64,000 nucleotides of DNA. It comes from Betaproteobacteria bacterium (GTDB taxonomy: Bacteria > Pseudomonadota > Gammaproteobacteria > Burkholderiales > SG8-39). A model generated the notes under the pieces. It was not told where the DNA came from. It saw nothing but the letters and a program-made list of their open reading frames with translations, and did not search any database. This document shows positions 1 through 10,389 of this stretch, in pieces. A program made the translations under genes and the position numbers. Position 1 is the first letter of the stretch. Each line of letters starts with the position of its first letter. The stretch spans positions 66,958 through 130,957 of the forward strand of contig JBQTJX010000029.1 of the NCBI GenBank assembly GCA_052386675.1. The letters are read 5' to 3'.

Positions 1-1
1 C

Positions 2-751
2 ATCATCGACGGCCAGCACCGCCTGGCGGCGCTGCACTTCTACAACCAGGAACGCCCGCAGGACGCCGCCACCATCAGCGTGCCCTGCGTCATCTTCGAC
101 GGCCGCAGCGAGGACTTCGCCGCGGAGATGTTCGTCATCATCAATTCCACGCCGACGCGCATCAACAAGTCGCACCTCATCGACCTGTACGAGCGCGTGT
201 CCTGGGCGGCGCCGGACCGCAAGTTCGCCGCGCGCCTGGTGGAGAAGCTCTACAGCGAGGGCGACAGCCCGCTGCGCTACCGCATCAACCGCCTGGGCGG
301 CCGCAGCCAGCGCGACAAGTGGGTGCTGCAGGCGGAGCTGTTCAACGAGATCCACCGCTGGGTGCGCGGCAAGTGGCGCTCCATCCAGCTGGCCGGCGGC
401 AGTTCCAGGGAAGTGCCGCGCTACTACGGCATGGTGCGCGACTTCTTCAAGGCCTCGAAGAACGTGTTTGGCGAGGCCTGGGGGAAGGACGGCTACATGG
501 TCACCAAGCCGGTGACCATCAAGGCCATGATCCGCGTCTGCGCGGACCTCTCGCGCGAGGACGGCGACAAGGAAGACGGGCGCCTCGCGCGCTGGGAGCA
601 GCGCCTCGCGCCCTGGCGCGCGATGGCCGCCATGTTCCGCGACGACGGCTTCTACGAGCGCTTCCCCGCCAAGGGCGAAGTCGAGCGCGTCGCCCGGGTG
701 CACCGCGACCTGGCCAAGGCCGCGGGCATCGAAGTCAGCAAGAAAACCTGA
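2..751 (+). CDS. DGQHR-domain protein (DndB/ParB-like superfamily), 5' truncated by window edge
   Basis: Frame from nt 2 reads IIDGQHRLAAL, followed by MFVIINSTPTRINKSHL (typical F..IN motif); TGA at 749-751. Confidence 0.85.
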   Translation: MIDGQHRLAALHFYNQERPQDAATISVPCVIFDGRSEDFAAEMFVIINSTPTRINKSHLIDLYERVSWAAPDRKFAARLVEKLYSEGDSPLRYRINRLGGRSQRDKWVLQAELFNEIHRWVRGKWRSIQLAGGSSREVPRYYGMVRDFFKASKNVFGEAWGKDGYMVTKPVTIKAMIRVCADLSREDGDKEDGRLARWEQRLAPWRAMAAMFRDDGFYERFPAKGEVERVARVHRDLAKAAGIEVSKKT

Positions 752-767
752 AGAATAATCAGAAAAT

Positions 768-824
768 AATCAGGGACAGACCACGATATTCCGCAGAGCG
801 GAATATCGTGGTCTGTCCCTGATT
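768..824. repeat. Perfect 27-bp inverted repeat (REP/REPIN-like doublet), probably also a bidirectional terminator
   Basis: aatcagggacagaccacgatattccgc-aga-gcggaatatcgtggtctgtccctgatt, between convergent genes. Confidence 0.9.
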
Positions 825-831
825 TCCTGAT

Positions 832-1992
832 TTACTGGGTCAGGTCGCTCTCGGCGTAGCCGAGTTCGGCCAGGATGGCGCGGGTGTGGGCGCCCAGCGC
901 CGGCACGGCGTCCATGCGCGGCTCGAAGCCATCGAGGTTGAACGGCGGCTTGAGGGCGTCGAAATTCCCCGACGGACCGCCCACCGACACATGCCGACCA
1001 CGCGCCTGCATCTGCGGGTGCGACCAGAACGAGGGCATGTCGCGCAGTTCGGCATTGGCGATGTCGGCCTGTTCCAGGCGCCGGACGACCTCGGCGGAAT
1101 CGATGGCGCCGAACACGCGGTGGATCTCGGCATGCATGGCCTCGCGGTTCGCGGCGCGCGCCGGGCCGCTGGCGAATCGCGGGTCCTTCGCGAGGCCGGC
1201 ATCGCCCAGTACCACCTCGCAGAAACGCGCGAATTCGCGCTCGTTCTGGATGGAGAGGAACACGCTCTTGCCGTCCCTTGCGGTGAAGGGCCCGTAGGGC
1301 ACGATGGTGGCGTGGTAGGCGCCCGAACGCGGCGGCGCGACGCCGCCGCCCATGGTGAAGTGCGCCGGGAAACCCATCCACTCGCCCAGCGACTCGAACA
1401 TGGTGATGTCCAGCGTGGCGCCCACGCCTTCGCGCTCGCGCCTGAGCAGCGCAGCGAGGATGGAGGAGAAGGCGTACATCCCGGCGGCGATGTCCGCCAC
1501 CGGGATGCCCGCCTTCGCGGGGGAATCCGGCGACCCGGTCACCGATAAAAGGCCGGCCTCGCATTGCACCAGCAGGTCGTATGCCTTTTTTTGCGCGTAG
1601 GGTCCCGCCGGACCGTAGCCGGAAATGCCGCACCAGATGAGCCTGGGATACTTCGCGCGCAGGGTTTCGGCCCCCAGTCCCAGCCGTTCCGCTGCGCCGG
1701 GCGCCAGGTTCTGCACGAACACGTCCGCCTTCGAAATGAGGCGGTCCAGGATCTCCTGTGCTTTCGGGTGCTTCACGTCGAGCGCCAGGCTTTCCTTGGA
1801 GCGGTTGACCCAGACGAAGTGCGAAGACTGTCCGTTCACCGTGGTGTCGTACTTGCGCGCCGCGTCGCCAACCTCCGGCCGTTCGATCTTGATCACGCGC
1901 GCGCCCAGTTCGGCCAGTTGCCGGGTGCAGAACGGGCCGGCGATGACCTGCTCCAGTCCGATGACCGTTATTCCCTCGAGCGGGCGCTTCAC
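832..1992 (-). CDS. CaiB/BaiF family (class III) CoA-transferase
   Basis: PLEGITV..EQVIAGP..LAELGARVIKIERP, NRSKES, DVFVQNLAPG, ISGYG, AYD motifs; GTG start overlaps upstream TGA. Confidence 0.9.
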   Translation of the reverse strand: MKRPLEGITVIGLEQVIAGPFCTRQLAELGARVIKIERPEVGDAARKYDTTVNGQSSHFVWVNRSKESLALDVKHPKAQEILDRLISKADVFVQNLAPGAAERLGLGAETLRAKYPRLIWCGISGYGPAGPYAQKKAYDLLVQCEAGLLSVTGSPDSPAKAGIPVADIAAGMYAFSSILAALLRREREGVGATLDITMFESLGEWMGFPAHFTMGGGVAPPRSGAYHATIVPYGPFTARDGKSVFLSIQNEREFARFCEVVLGDAGLAKDPRFASGPARAANREAMHAEIHRVFGAIDSAEVVRRLEQADIANAELRDMPSFWSHPQMQARGRHVSVGGPSGNFDALKPPFNLDGFEPRMDAVPALGAHTRAILAELGYAESDLTQ

Positions 1993-2792
1993 GCGAATTC
2001 GATGGTGAGTCCGCGCAGCGCGAAGCCGTGCAGGTCGGTGGACCAGACTTCGCCCGCCTTCACGGGATGCGCGTCCGTGAGCGTGCCGGTGCTGATGATC
2101 TCGCCCGCCCGCAACGGCGTCGCGTCGCCTTGCCTGGAAACCACATCCACGAAGTGCGCCAGCGCCATGAGCGGGCTGTCGAGCACGTTCGAGCCGATGC
2201 CGCGGTCGCGCACCTCGCCGTTGCAGGCGAGCGCCACCTTGAGGAAAGGCAGCGCGGCGGCGAGGCCGTTGATGCGCCCGACCTCCACCGGCGTGCCCAG
2301 GACCAGGCGCCCGTGCAGGCCGTTGTCGGCGGTGCAGTCGGCGAGGCTCATTTTCCATTCCGGGTGGTGGCATTGCACGATTTCCACCGAATGCGCGACC
2401 CATTCGATGGCGGCAAGCAGCGCCTCGGGGTTCCTGGTGACCGGCGGCGCCGCCTTCAGCTTGAAGCAGATCTCGGGCTCGATGCGCGGCTGCGCCAACC
2501 CGGCGAGCGGCACCACGGCGCGGTTGTCCGTCGCCTGGATGAAGCTGCGGTCGTACACCGTGCCCCAGATGGGCTCGTGGACACCATACCGTTCCCAGAG
2601 GGTGCGGTTGGTGAAGCCGATCTTTCGGCCCACCGGGCGCCAGCCGGCGGCGAGCCGCCGGTCGTGCAGTTGTCGCGCTGCAGCGTAGCCGGAGGCCGGG
2701 GTAAACGACGGGTCCCGGGCGGTGAAAGCGGCGGCGAGGCCGGCGCGGGCGTGCAATTCGGCGAGTTCGCTCGCCACAGTGTCGGCATCCAT
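1989..2792 (-). CDS. 2-keto-4-pentenoate hydratase / FAH-family hydratase-decarboxylase
   Basis: GRKIGFTN, PRIEPEI, ADNGLHG, LRAGEIISTGT motifs. Confidence 0.85.
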   Translation of the reverse strand: MDADTVASELAELHARAGLAAAFTARDPSFTPASGYAAARQLHDRRLAAGWRPVGRKIGFTNRTLWERYGVHEPIWGTVYDRSFIQATDNRAVVPLAGLAQPRIEPEICFKLKAAPPVTRNPEALLAAIEWVAHSVEIVQCHHPEWKMSLADCTADNGLHGRLVLGTPVEVGRINGLAAALPFLKVALACNGEVRDRGIGSNVLDSPLMALAHFVDVVSRQGDATPLRAGEIISTGTLTDAHPVKAGEVWSTDLHGFALRGLTIEFA

Positions 2793-2801
2793 GGTCGGGC
2801 G

Positions 2802-2816
2802 ATTCTAAATTAGACT
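2802..2816. promoter_or_regulatory. Back-to-back -10 hexamers of a compact divergent promoter
   Basis: TAGAAT on minus strand (2802-2807) and TAGACT on plus strand (2811-2816) in a 30-bp intergenic gap. Confidence 0.5.
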
Positions 2817-2822
2817 AGGCGC

Positions 2823-3260
2823 ATGAACGGCGAACTCGACCCCTCCCTGGCCTGGGCGATTCTCGGCCTGACGCTGGTGATCATCGAGATGGTCTCCGGC
2901 ACCTTCTACCTGCTCATGCTTGGCGTGGCCGCCTTTGGCGCCGCCGCCGCGGCGTGGTTCGGCCAGGACCTGCCGGTGCAGGCGCTGATCGCCGCGGCCA
3001 TCGCCGCCGCGGGCTGCTACTGGGTGCACGCCTACCGCGTTCGCAATGCTGCCTCGCAGATGCCGCACATCGATGCCGGACAGCCGGCCAACTTCGAATC
3101 CTGGGTCGACGAGGGCGCGCGCCTTGCGAAGGTGCGCTACCGCGGCGCGAGCTGGGATGCGCTGGTCGAAGGCGAGGGCTCGCCGCAGGGCGGCACCCTG
3201 CTCTATGTGCAGTCCGCCAGCGGCAACACGCTGAAAGTCACCGCCCGACGCCCGGGCTGA
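2823..3260 (+). CDS. NfeD family membrane protein (YbbJ-like)
   Basis: WAILG..L...E hydrophobic N-terminus, C-terminal OB-like KVRYRGASWDA; directly upstream of an SPFH gene. Confidence 0.85.
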   Translation: MNGELDPSLAWAILGLTLVIIEMVSGTFYLLMLGVAAFGAAAAAWFGQDLPVQALIAAAIAAAGCYWVHAYRVRNAASQMPHIDAGQPANFESWVDEGARLAKVRYRGASWDALVEGEGSPQGGTLLYVQSASGNTLKVTARRPG

Positions 3261-3285
3261 GCAGTTTCACCAGGAGGGGTTCCCG

Positions 3286-4284
3286 ATGTTCATGAAAATG
3301 ATCATTGCGCTGGTCGTGTCCGTTGCGGCGGCGTTCGTCCCGGCCACGGAGAAGTATGCCGTCTGGATCTTCTTCCTCGCGATGGTGGTGGCCTTTGTCA
3401 TGGAGGGCGTGCGCATCGTGCCGCAGCAGTTCGCCTACGTGGTGGAGCGCTTCGGCCGCTACCACGGCGCCCTGGAGCCGGGCCTGAACCTGATCATCCC
3501 GTTCCTCGACCGCGTCGCCTACATGCATTCGCTCAAGGAGGTCCCGCTGGACGTCCCCGAGCAGGTCTGCATCACCAAGGACAATACCCAGCTGGCGGTC
3601 GATGGCGTGCTGTACTTCCAGGTCACCGACCCGCGCCTGGCTTCCTACGGCTCGGCCAACTACATCGCCGCGATCACGCAACTCGCGCAGACCACGCTGC
3701 GCAGCGTGATCGGCAAGATGGAGCTGGACAAGAGCTTCGAGTCGCGCGAGGACATCAACCGCCACATCGTCGCGGCGCTGGACGAGGCCGGGCGCAACTG
3801 GGGCATCAAGGTGCTGCGCTACGAAATCAAGAGCATCACGCCGCCGGAATCCATCCTGCGCGCGATGCAGGCGCAGATCACCGCCGAGCGCGAAAAGCGC
3901 GCCCTGATCGCCAAGTCCGAGGGCCAGCGGCAGGAAGAGATCAACCTGGCCGATGGCCAGAAGCAGGCCGCGGTGCTCAAATCCGAAGGCGACAAGCAGG
4001 CCGCGATCAACAAGGCGCAGGGCGACGCCACCGCTATCCGGCTGCTGGCGGAAGCCAATGCCGCCGGCGTGCGCGCGGTCGCCGAGGCGATCGCCGACAA
4101 GGGCGGCATGGACGCGGCCAACCTGAAGGTCGCGACGCAATACGTGGAAGCCTTCGGCGAACTGGCCAAGAAGTCCAACACGCTCATCCTGCCTGCCAGC
4201 GCGGGCGATGTCGGCGGCATGGTCGCCACGGCGATGACGGTGCTGGACAAGGTCCGCACGGCCAGTACCGTCGCCAAGGCCTGA
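3286..4284 (+). CDS. SPFH/stomatin-like protein (QmcA/paraslipin type)
   Basis: IVPQQ..YVVERFGRY, EQVCITKDN, QTTLRSVIG, AEREKRA; SD aggagggg upstream. Confidence 0.92.
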   Translation: MFMKMIIALVVSVAAAFVPATEKYAVWIFFLAMVVAFVMEGVRIVPQQFAYVVERFGRYHGALEPGLNLIIPFLDRVAYMHSLKEVPLDVPEQVCITKDNTQLAVDGVLYFQVTDPRLASYGSANYIAAITQLAQTTLRSVIGKMELDKSFESREDINRHIVAALDEAGRNWGIKVLRYEIKSITPPESILRAMQAQITAEREKRALIAKSEGQRQEEINLADGQKQAAVLKSEGDKQAAINKAQGDATAIRLLAEANAAGVRAVAEAIADKGGMDAANLKVATQYVEAFGELAKKSNTLILPASAGDVGGMVATAMTVLDKVRTASTVAKA

Positions 4285-4300
4285 CGCGGCGCTTCGCGCC

Positions 4301-6223
4301 ATGCACGCCCGGACGGCGCCGGCTTCCGAGGCCGAGGCACGGCTGAAGGCCGCGCTGGAGCAGCTGCGCGAGAAGGAAGCGCAGCTGCGGGCGATCATCG
4401 AGCACGAGCCCGAGTGCGTGAAGATGCTCGACGCCGAAGGCCGCGTGGTCGAGATGAACCCCGCCGGCCTGGCGATGATCGGCGCCGACGGGCTGGAAGC
4501 GGTGGCGGGCGCCTGCGTCTATCCGCTGGTGGTGGCGGAGCATCGCGACGCCTTCCGCGCGCTGACCGAGCGCGTTTGCCGCGGTGAACCCGGCGGCACC
4601 CTGCAGTTCGAGATCATCGGCCTCAAGGGCCATCGCCGCTGGCTCGAGACCCACGTCACGCCGATCCGCGCCGGCGCGCCGGGCGAGACGCGCCTGCTCG
4701 GGGTCACCCGCGACATCACCGAGCGCAAGCGCGCAGAGCAGCTGCTGCAGGACCAGTTCCACTTCGTCAACCAGCTGCTGGCGGCGATGCCCAATCCGGT
4801 GTTCTTCAAGGACGAGCAGGGCCGCTACCTCGGCTGCAACCGCGCCTTCGAGGAGTTCATCGGCATGAAGCGCGAGGACATGGTGGGCAGGACGGTGCAC
4901 GACCTCGCGCCCAAGGAACTCGCCGACATCTATTTCGATGCCGATCGCAAGCTGTTCGAGAACCCGGGCGAGCAGGTCTACGAGGCTTCGGCGCGCGCCG
5001 CCGACGGCAGCCAGCGCCAGGTGATGTTCTACAAGGCCACCTTCACCAAGGCCGACGGCAGCCTGGGCGGGCTGGTGGGGAGCATCGCCGACATCACGCC
5101 ACGGGTCGAGGCCGAGCGCCGCATCCAGGGCGCCGACATCCGCCTGCGCGAGGCCATCGAGCACCTGAACGAGCCGGTCTGCATCACCGACGCCGAGGAC
5201 CGCATCGTGGTGGCCAACCGCAGCTTCCGCGAGCTGAACGCAGCGGTCGCCGACTGCGTCGCACCCGGGCGTCGCTACGACGAGCACCTGCGCGAGGGCA
5301 TCCGCCTGGGGCAGTTCCCCGAGGCCGAGGGGCGCGTGGAGGAATGGCTCGCCGAGCGCATGGCGCGGCGGCACGCCGGGTCGGCGGTCCGCGAGGTGCG
5401 CCGGCAGGGCGGCATCTGGCTGCTGGTGCGCGACCAGAAGCTCGCCGACGGCGGCACCGTGAGCTTCGGCCTGGACATCACCAAGAGGAAGAACGACGAA
5501 GTCGCGTTGCGCGACATCAACCGCGAGCTGGAGCGCCGCGTCGGCTTGCGCACCGCGCAGCTGGAGGAGGCGATCCGCGAAATGGAGGCGTTCTCCTATT
5601 CGGTGTCGCACGACCTGCGCGCCCCGCTGCGCGCCATCGGCGGCTTCGCCCGCATGGTGATCGAGGACGAAAGCGGCCGGCTGTCGGAGGACGGGCGGCG
5701 CAAGCTGGAGGTGGTGGAGGCCAACGCGCGGCGCATGGGAATGCTGGTGGACGACCTGCTGCAGCTCGCGCGCGTCAACCGCAGCGAGCTGCGCCGCGAG
5801 CCGCTGGACATGGGCGCGCTCGCCGCGTCGGTGGCGGCTGAACTCGGGCCGCTGCAGCCGCGGGCGCGACTCGAGGTCGCGACGCTGCCGGGCGCGAACG
5901 GCGACCCGGTGCTGGTGCGCCAGGCGCTCGCCAACCTGGTGGACAACGCGCTCAAGTATTCGGCGCGTGCCGCGGCGCCGCGCGTCGAGGTGGGCTGGGA
6001 TGGCGCCGAGGGCGCCTGGTTCGTGCGCGACAACGGCATCGGCTTCGACATGGCTCACGCGAAGAAGCTGTTCGACACCTTCGAGCGCCTGCACGGCGAG
6101 GCGTTCGAGGGCACCGGCATCGGCCTGGCCATCGTGCGCCGCGTGGCCGAGCGACACGGCGGCCGCGTCTGGGCCGAGGCCGCGCCTGGCCAGGGCGCGG
6201 CGTTCTACTTCACCCTGGGTTAG
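4301..6223 (+). CDS. Cytoplasmic multi-PAS sensor histidine kinase
   Basis: Three PAS-like repeats (RDITERK, ADIT, LDITKRK), H-box SYSVSHDLRAPL, N-box NLVDNALKY, DNGIGF, GTGIGLAIV. Confidence 0.9.
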   Translation: MHARTAPASEAEARLKAALEQLREKEAQLRAIIEHEPECVKMLDAEGRVVEMNPAGLAMIGADGLEAVAGACVYPLVVAEHRDAFRALTERVCRGEPGGTLQFEIIGLKGHRRWLETHVTPIRAGAPGETRLLGVTRDITERKRAEQLLQDQFHFVNQLLAAMPNPVFFKDEQGRYLGCNRAFEEFIGMKREDMVGRTVHDLAPKELADIYFDADRKLFENPGEQVYEASARAADGSQRQVMFYKATFTKADGSLGGLVGSIADITPRVEAERRIQGADIRLREAIEHLNEPVCITDAEDRIVVANRSFRELNAAVADCVAPGRRYDEHLREGIRLGQFPEAEGRVEEWLAERMARRHAGSAVREVRRQGGIWLLVRDQKLADGGTVSFGLDITKRKNDEVALRDINRELERRVGLRTAQLEEAIREMEAFSYSVSHDLRAPLRAIGGFARMVIEDESGRLSEDGRRKLEVVEANARRMGMLVDDLLQLARVNRSELRREPLDMGALAASVAAELGPLQPRARLEVATLPGANGDPVLVRQALANLVDNALKYSARAAAPRVEVGWDGAEGAWFVRDNGIGFDMAHAKKLFDTFERLHGEAFEGTGIGLAIVRRVAERHGGRVWAEAAPGQGAAFYFTLG

Positions 6224-8135
6224 ACGCGGCGGCGGCTCTGCGGCGCTCCAGCAGCTGGGCGGCCACCACCACCGCAAGCAGCGCCATGCCGATGGCGTCG
6301 GTGATCAACCCGGGCTTGATCAGGCACATAGCCGACACGAACAGCAGCACGCGTTGCCAGGCCGAGGCGAATCCGAGCAGCCAGCCGAACAGGCTTCCGG
6401 CGAGGCAGATGACCCCCACGGTTGCGGTCATGATGGACCAGATCACGTAGGGCCACTCGCTCGCCCAGTCCTTCACGATCAGCAGCAGCATCGGCTCGTA
6501 GACGAACATGAACGGCACGATGTAGGCGGGCGCCGCCGCGCGCATCGCCGCGAAGCCCGAGGCCCAGATGTCGGCCTTCGCGAGGCTGGCGGCGGCGAAC
6601 ACCGCCAGCGCCACTGGCGGGGTGATCGCCGACAGGATGGCGAAGTAGAAGGCGAACATGTGCGCGGCGGGCGCCACCACCCCCATCTTGATTACCGCCG
6701 GCACCAGCAGCGCAACCATGACGATGTAGGCCGGCGTGGTCGGCATGCCCATGCCCAGGATGATGCCGGCGATGGCAGTGAGGATGAGGGCGAGGACCAG
6801 CCAGTTCTGCGCCAGCGCGATCACGATCTGGGTGAACACGATGCCCAGGCCGGTGATGGTGACGCAGGCGATGACGATGCCGGCGCAGGCACAGGCCATG
6901 GCCACCGACAGCGCGTTCTTCGCGCCTTCCTCCAGCGCGTCGAACACCGTGCGCCAGCGGATGCCGCCGCGCGTGGTGCTGCGCATCAGCGCCACCGGCA
7001 GGCAGGCGATCGCCGCGGCGAGCGCGCACAGCGGCGCGGAGTAGCCCATGAGCAGGCCCGTCAGCACGATCATGATCGGTGCGAACAGGTGGCCGCGCTC
7101 GGCCATGACGCGCACGAAGCGCGGCAGTTCGTCCTTCGGCACCCCGGCCAGATTGTAGCGCTTGGCCTCGAAGTGCACCGCGAAGAACACCGCGGTGTAG
7201 TAGAGCATCGCCGGCACCAGCGCCCACATCGCCACCTGGGCGTAGGGCACCGAAAGGAACTCGGCCATGACGAAGGCCGCCGCGCCCATCACCGGCGGCA
7301 TCAGCTGGCCGCCGGTGGAGGCAACCGATTCCACGGCCGCGGCGAAGGGCGGGCGGAAGCCGGTGCGCTTCATGAGCGGGATGGTGATCGGGCCATCCAC
7401 CATGACGTTGGCCACCGCGCTGCCCGAGACGGTGCCGAAGAGCGAAGAGCTCACCACCGCCACCTTGCCCGGGCCGCCCGCCTGGCTGCCGGTGATGGAC
7501 ATGGCGAAGTCCATGAACAGCTGCCCGGTGCCGCTTTTCTCCATGAAGGCGCCGAAGATGACGAACAGCATGACGTAGGAGGCCGAGACCCCGAGCGTGG
7601 AGCCGAAGATGCCTTCGGTGGAGAGGTACACCTGCTCCATCAGCACCGGCAACTTCACCTGGGTGAAGAGCGAGGCGTAGACGAGGAACACCATGGCGGT
7701 GAGCGGCAGCGCCCAGCCGATGACGCGGCGCGTGCCCTCCAGCACGATCAGCACCGAGACCACGGCGAAGAACCTGTCCGCCGCGGTGAGCTCGTCGATG
7801 TAGATGATGCGGTTGGTGAAGGCCTCGTAGTTGATGAAGATGTTGAGGACAAAGGCGAGGCCGAGCGCAAGCAGCGCCCAGTCGAGCAATCGCCAGCCGA
7901 TGCCGGCGCCGGGCCGGGTGGGATAGAGCAGGAACACCAGCCCGATGGCGAACATCAGGTGGGTGCCGCGGAAGATCACCGCCTCGGGCGGGCCGAAGCC
8001 GGCGACGTACATGTGGTACAGCGACATCACCACCGCGATGGCGCCGACCAGCCAGCGCATGGCCTTCGCTGTGGGCGCGACAGCCTGCTTCTCGTCGGAC
8101 TTGATCGGCGTGGACGGCGTGGCGATTTCGGTCAA
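6210..8135 (-). CDS. TAXI-type TRAP transporter fused 4TM/12TM permease
   Basis: Polytopic hydrophobic ORF with GGPGKVAV, SGSAVANV, GGQLMPPVMG, ILGMGMPTT, SAITPPVA. Confidence 0.92.
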   Translation of the reverse strand: MTEIATPSTPIKSDEKQAVAPTAKAMRWLVGAIAVVMSLYHMYVAGFGPPEAVIFRGTHLMFAIGLVFLLYPTRPGAGIGWRLLDWALLALGLAFVLNIFINYEAFTNRIIYIDELTAADRFFAVVSVLIVLEGTRRVIGWALPLTAMVFLVYASLFTQVKLPVLMEQVYLSTEGIFGSTLGVSASYVMLFVIFGAFMEKSGTGQLFMDFAMSITGSQAGGPGKVAVVSSSLFGTVSGSAVANVMVDGPITIPLMKRTGFRPPFAAAVESVASTGGQLMPPVMGAAAFVMAEFLSVPYAQVAMWALVPAMLYYTAVFFAVHFEAKRYNLAGVPKDELPRFVRVMAERGHLFAPIMIVLTGLLMGYSAPLCALAAAIACLPVALMRSTTRGGIRWRTVFDALEEGAKNALSVAMACACAGIVIACVTITGLGIVFTQIVIALAQNWLVLALILTAIAGIILGMGMPTTPAYIVMVALLVPAVIKMGVVAPAAHMFAFYFAILSAITPPVALAVFAAASLAKADIWASGFAAMRAAAPAYIVPFMFVYEPMLLLIVKDWASEWPYVIWSIMTATVGVICLAGSLFGWLLGFASAWQRVLLFVSAMCLIKPGLITDAIGMALLAVVVAAQLLERRRAAAASNPG

Positions 8136-8154
8136 GGCTCCCCCTGGATGTGAA

Positions 8155-8177
8155 ACGGGGCGGCAGGGCCGCCCCGT
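8155..8177 (-). terminator. Intercistronic hairpin between binding-protein and permease genes
   Basis: acggggcggc-agg-gccgccccgt 10-bp stem with only a short U run on the minus strand. Confidence 0.6.
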
Positions 8178-8203
8178 CCTCCCTCAACTCAACGGCAACG
8201 CAA

Positions 8204-9148
8204 CTACATCGCGCCGGCTTCCTTGTAGAACTTCGCCGCGCCCTTGTGGAAGGGCACGCCGATGTCCACCGCCATGTCCTTCGGCGTGATGCCGGCGATG
8301 GCCTTGTTCACCGCCGACATGGACTCCACGTTGGCCGCCATGGTCTTCACCATGTTGTAGACCACCTGCTCGGGCAGGTCGCAGGCGGCGATGACGTGGG
8401 TGGAGTAGCCGATCACCGGCACGTCCTTCGTCTGCTTCGGGTAGGTGCCCGCCTTGATGATGAGCTTGTTGTAGCCCGGATTCTGCTTCTTCAGCGTGTC
8501 CATGGTCTTGTCGTCCACCGGCACCAGCGAGATGTCGCGCGCGCTGGCGAGGTCCATCACCGAGGAGGCCGGTGCGGTTGTACCCAGGGTGAACACCTGC
8601 ACGTGGCCGTCCTTCATCATGGACACCGCGTCGGTGTAGGACGCCTGGAAGTTGATCTTGGACAGCGCCTTGTAGTCCATGCCGTTCAGCTTCAGCGCCA
8701 ACTCGGTCAGCAGCTCGCCGGTGTTGCCCTTGGGCTGCGTCACCACCGACTTGCCCTTCAGGTCGGCGAAGGAGTTCACCTTGGCGTCGTTCAGCGCGAC
8801 GACCTGGAAATACTGCGGGTAGATGTTGGCGAGCTGGCACACCTTGGTGACCTTCTTGGTGTACGGGGCGCGGCCCTCGAGGCCATCCACCGTGGTGCTC
8901 GAGTTGCCGAAGCCGATGTGCGCCTTGCCTTCGTCGACGCCGCGCACGTTGGCGATGCCGGCGCCGGGGGTCGCGGTGACGTTCAGCCCGGGGATCGCCT
9001 TCTCCCACATTCCCTTCAGTGCACCACCGAGGGGCACCCAGACCCCGCCCTGCGGGCCGGTCATGAAGGTGACTTGCTGCGCTGCGGCAGGAAGCGCGCC
9101 GAACGCGCCGATTGCGCCCACTGCGAGCGCGAGAGCCTTGAGTTTCAT
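8204..9148 (-). CDS. TAXI family TRAP solute-binding protein
   Basis: Signal peptide, TGPQGGVW, N..L-type motif ANVRGV, C-terminal VPFHKGAAKFYKE; SD gaggag. Confidence 0.92.
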   Translation of the reverse strand: MKLKALALAVGAIGAFGALPAAAQQVTFMTGPQGGVWVPLGGALKGMWEKAIPGLNVTATPGAGIANVRGVDEGKAHIGFGNSSTTVDGLEGRAPYTKKVTKVCQLANIYPQYFQVVALNDAKVNSFADLKGKSVVTQPKGNTGELLTELALKLNGMDYKALSKINFQASYTDAVSMMKDGHVQVFTLGTTAPASSVMDLASARDISLVPVDDKTMDTLKKQNPGYNKLIIKAGTYPKQTKDVPVIGYSTHVIAACDLPEQVVYNMVKTMAANVESMSAVNKAIAGITPKDMAVDIGVPFHKGAAKFYKEAGAM

Positions 9149-9226
9149 TCCGTTCTCCTCCAAGAGATTGGGATAGCTGTGCGGAGGGGAATCATACCGC
9201 AGGGAGGCGCCCTTACGATTTCCTGT

Positions 9227-9649
<423 letters not shown>

Positions 9650-9650
9650 G

Positions 9651-10385
<735 letters not shown>

Positions 10386-10389
10386 TCGG

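Noticed and set aside
768-824. Possible CRISPR repeat or integron attC site
   Set aside because: No spacer-separated array, no cas or integrase genes, and no GTTRRRY core; better explained as REP-like.
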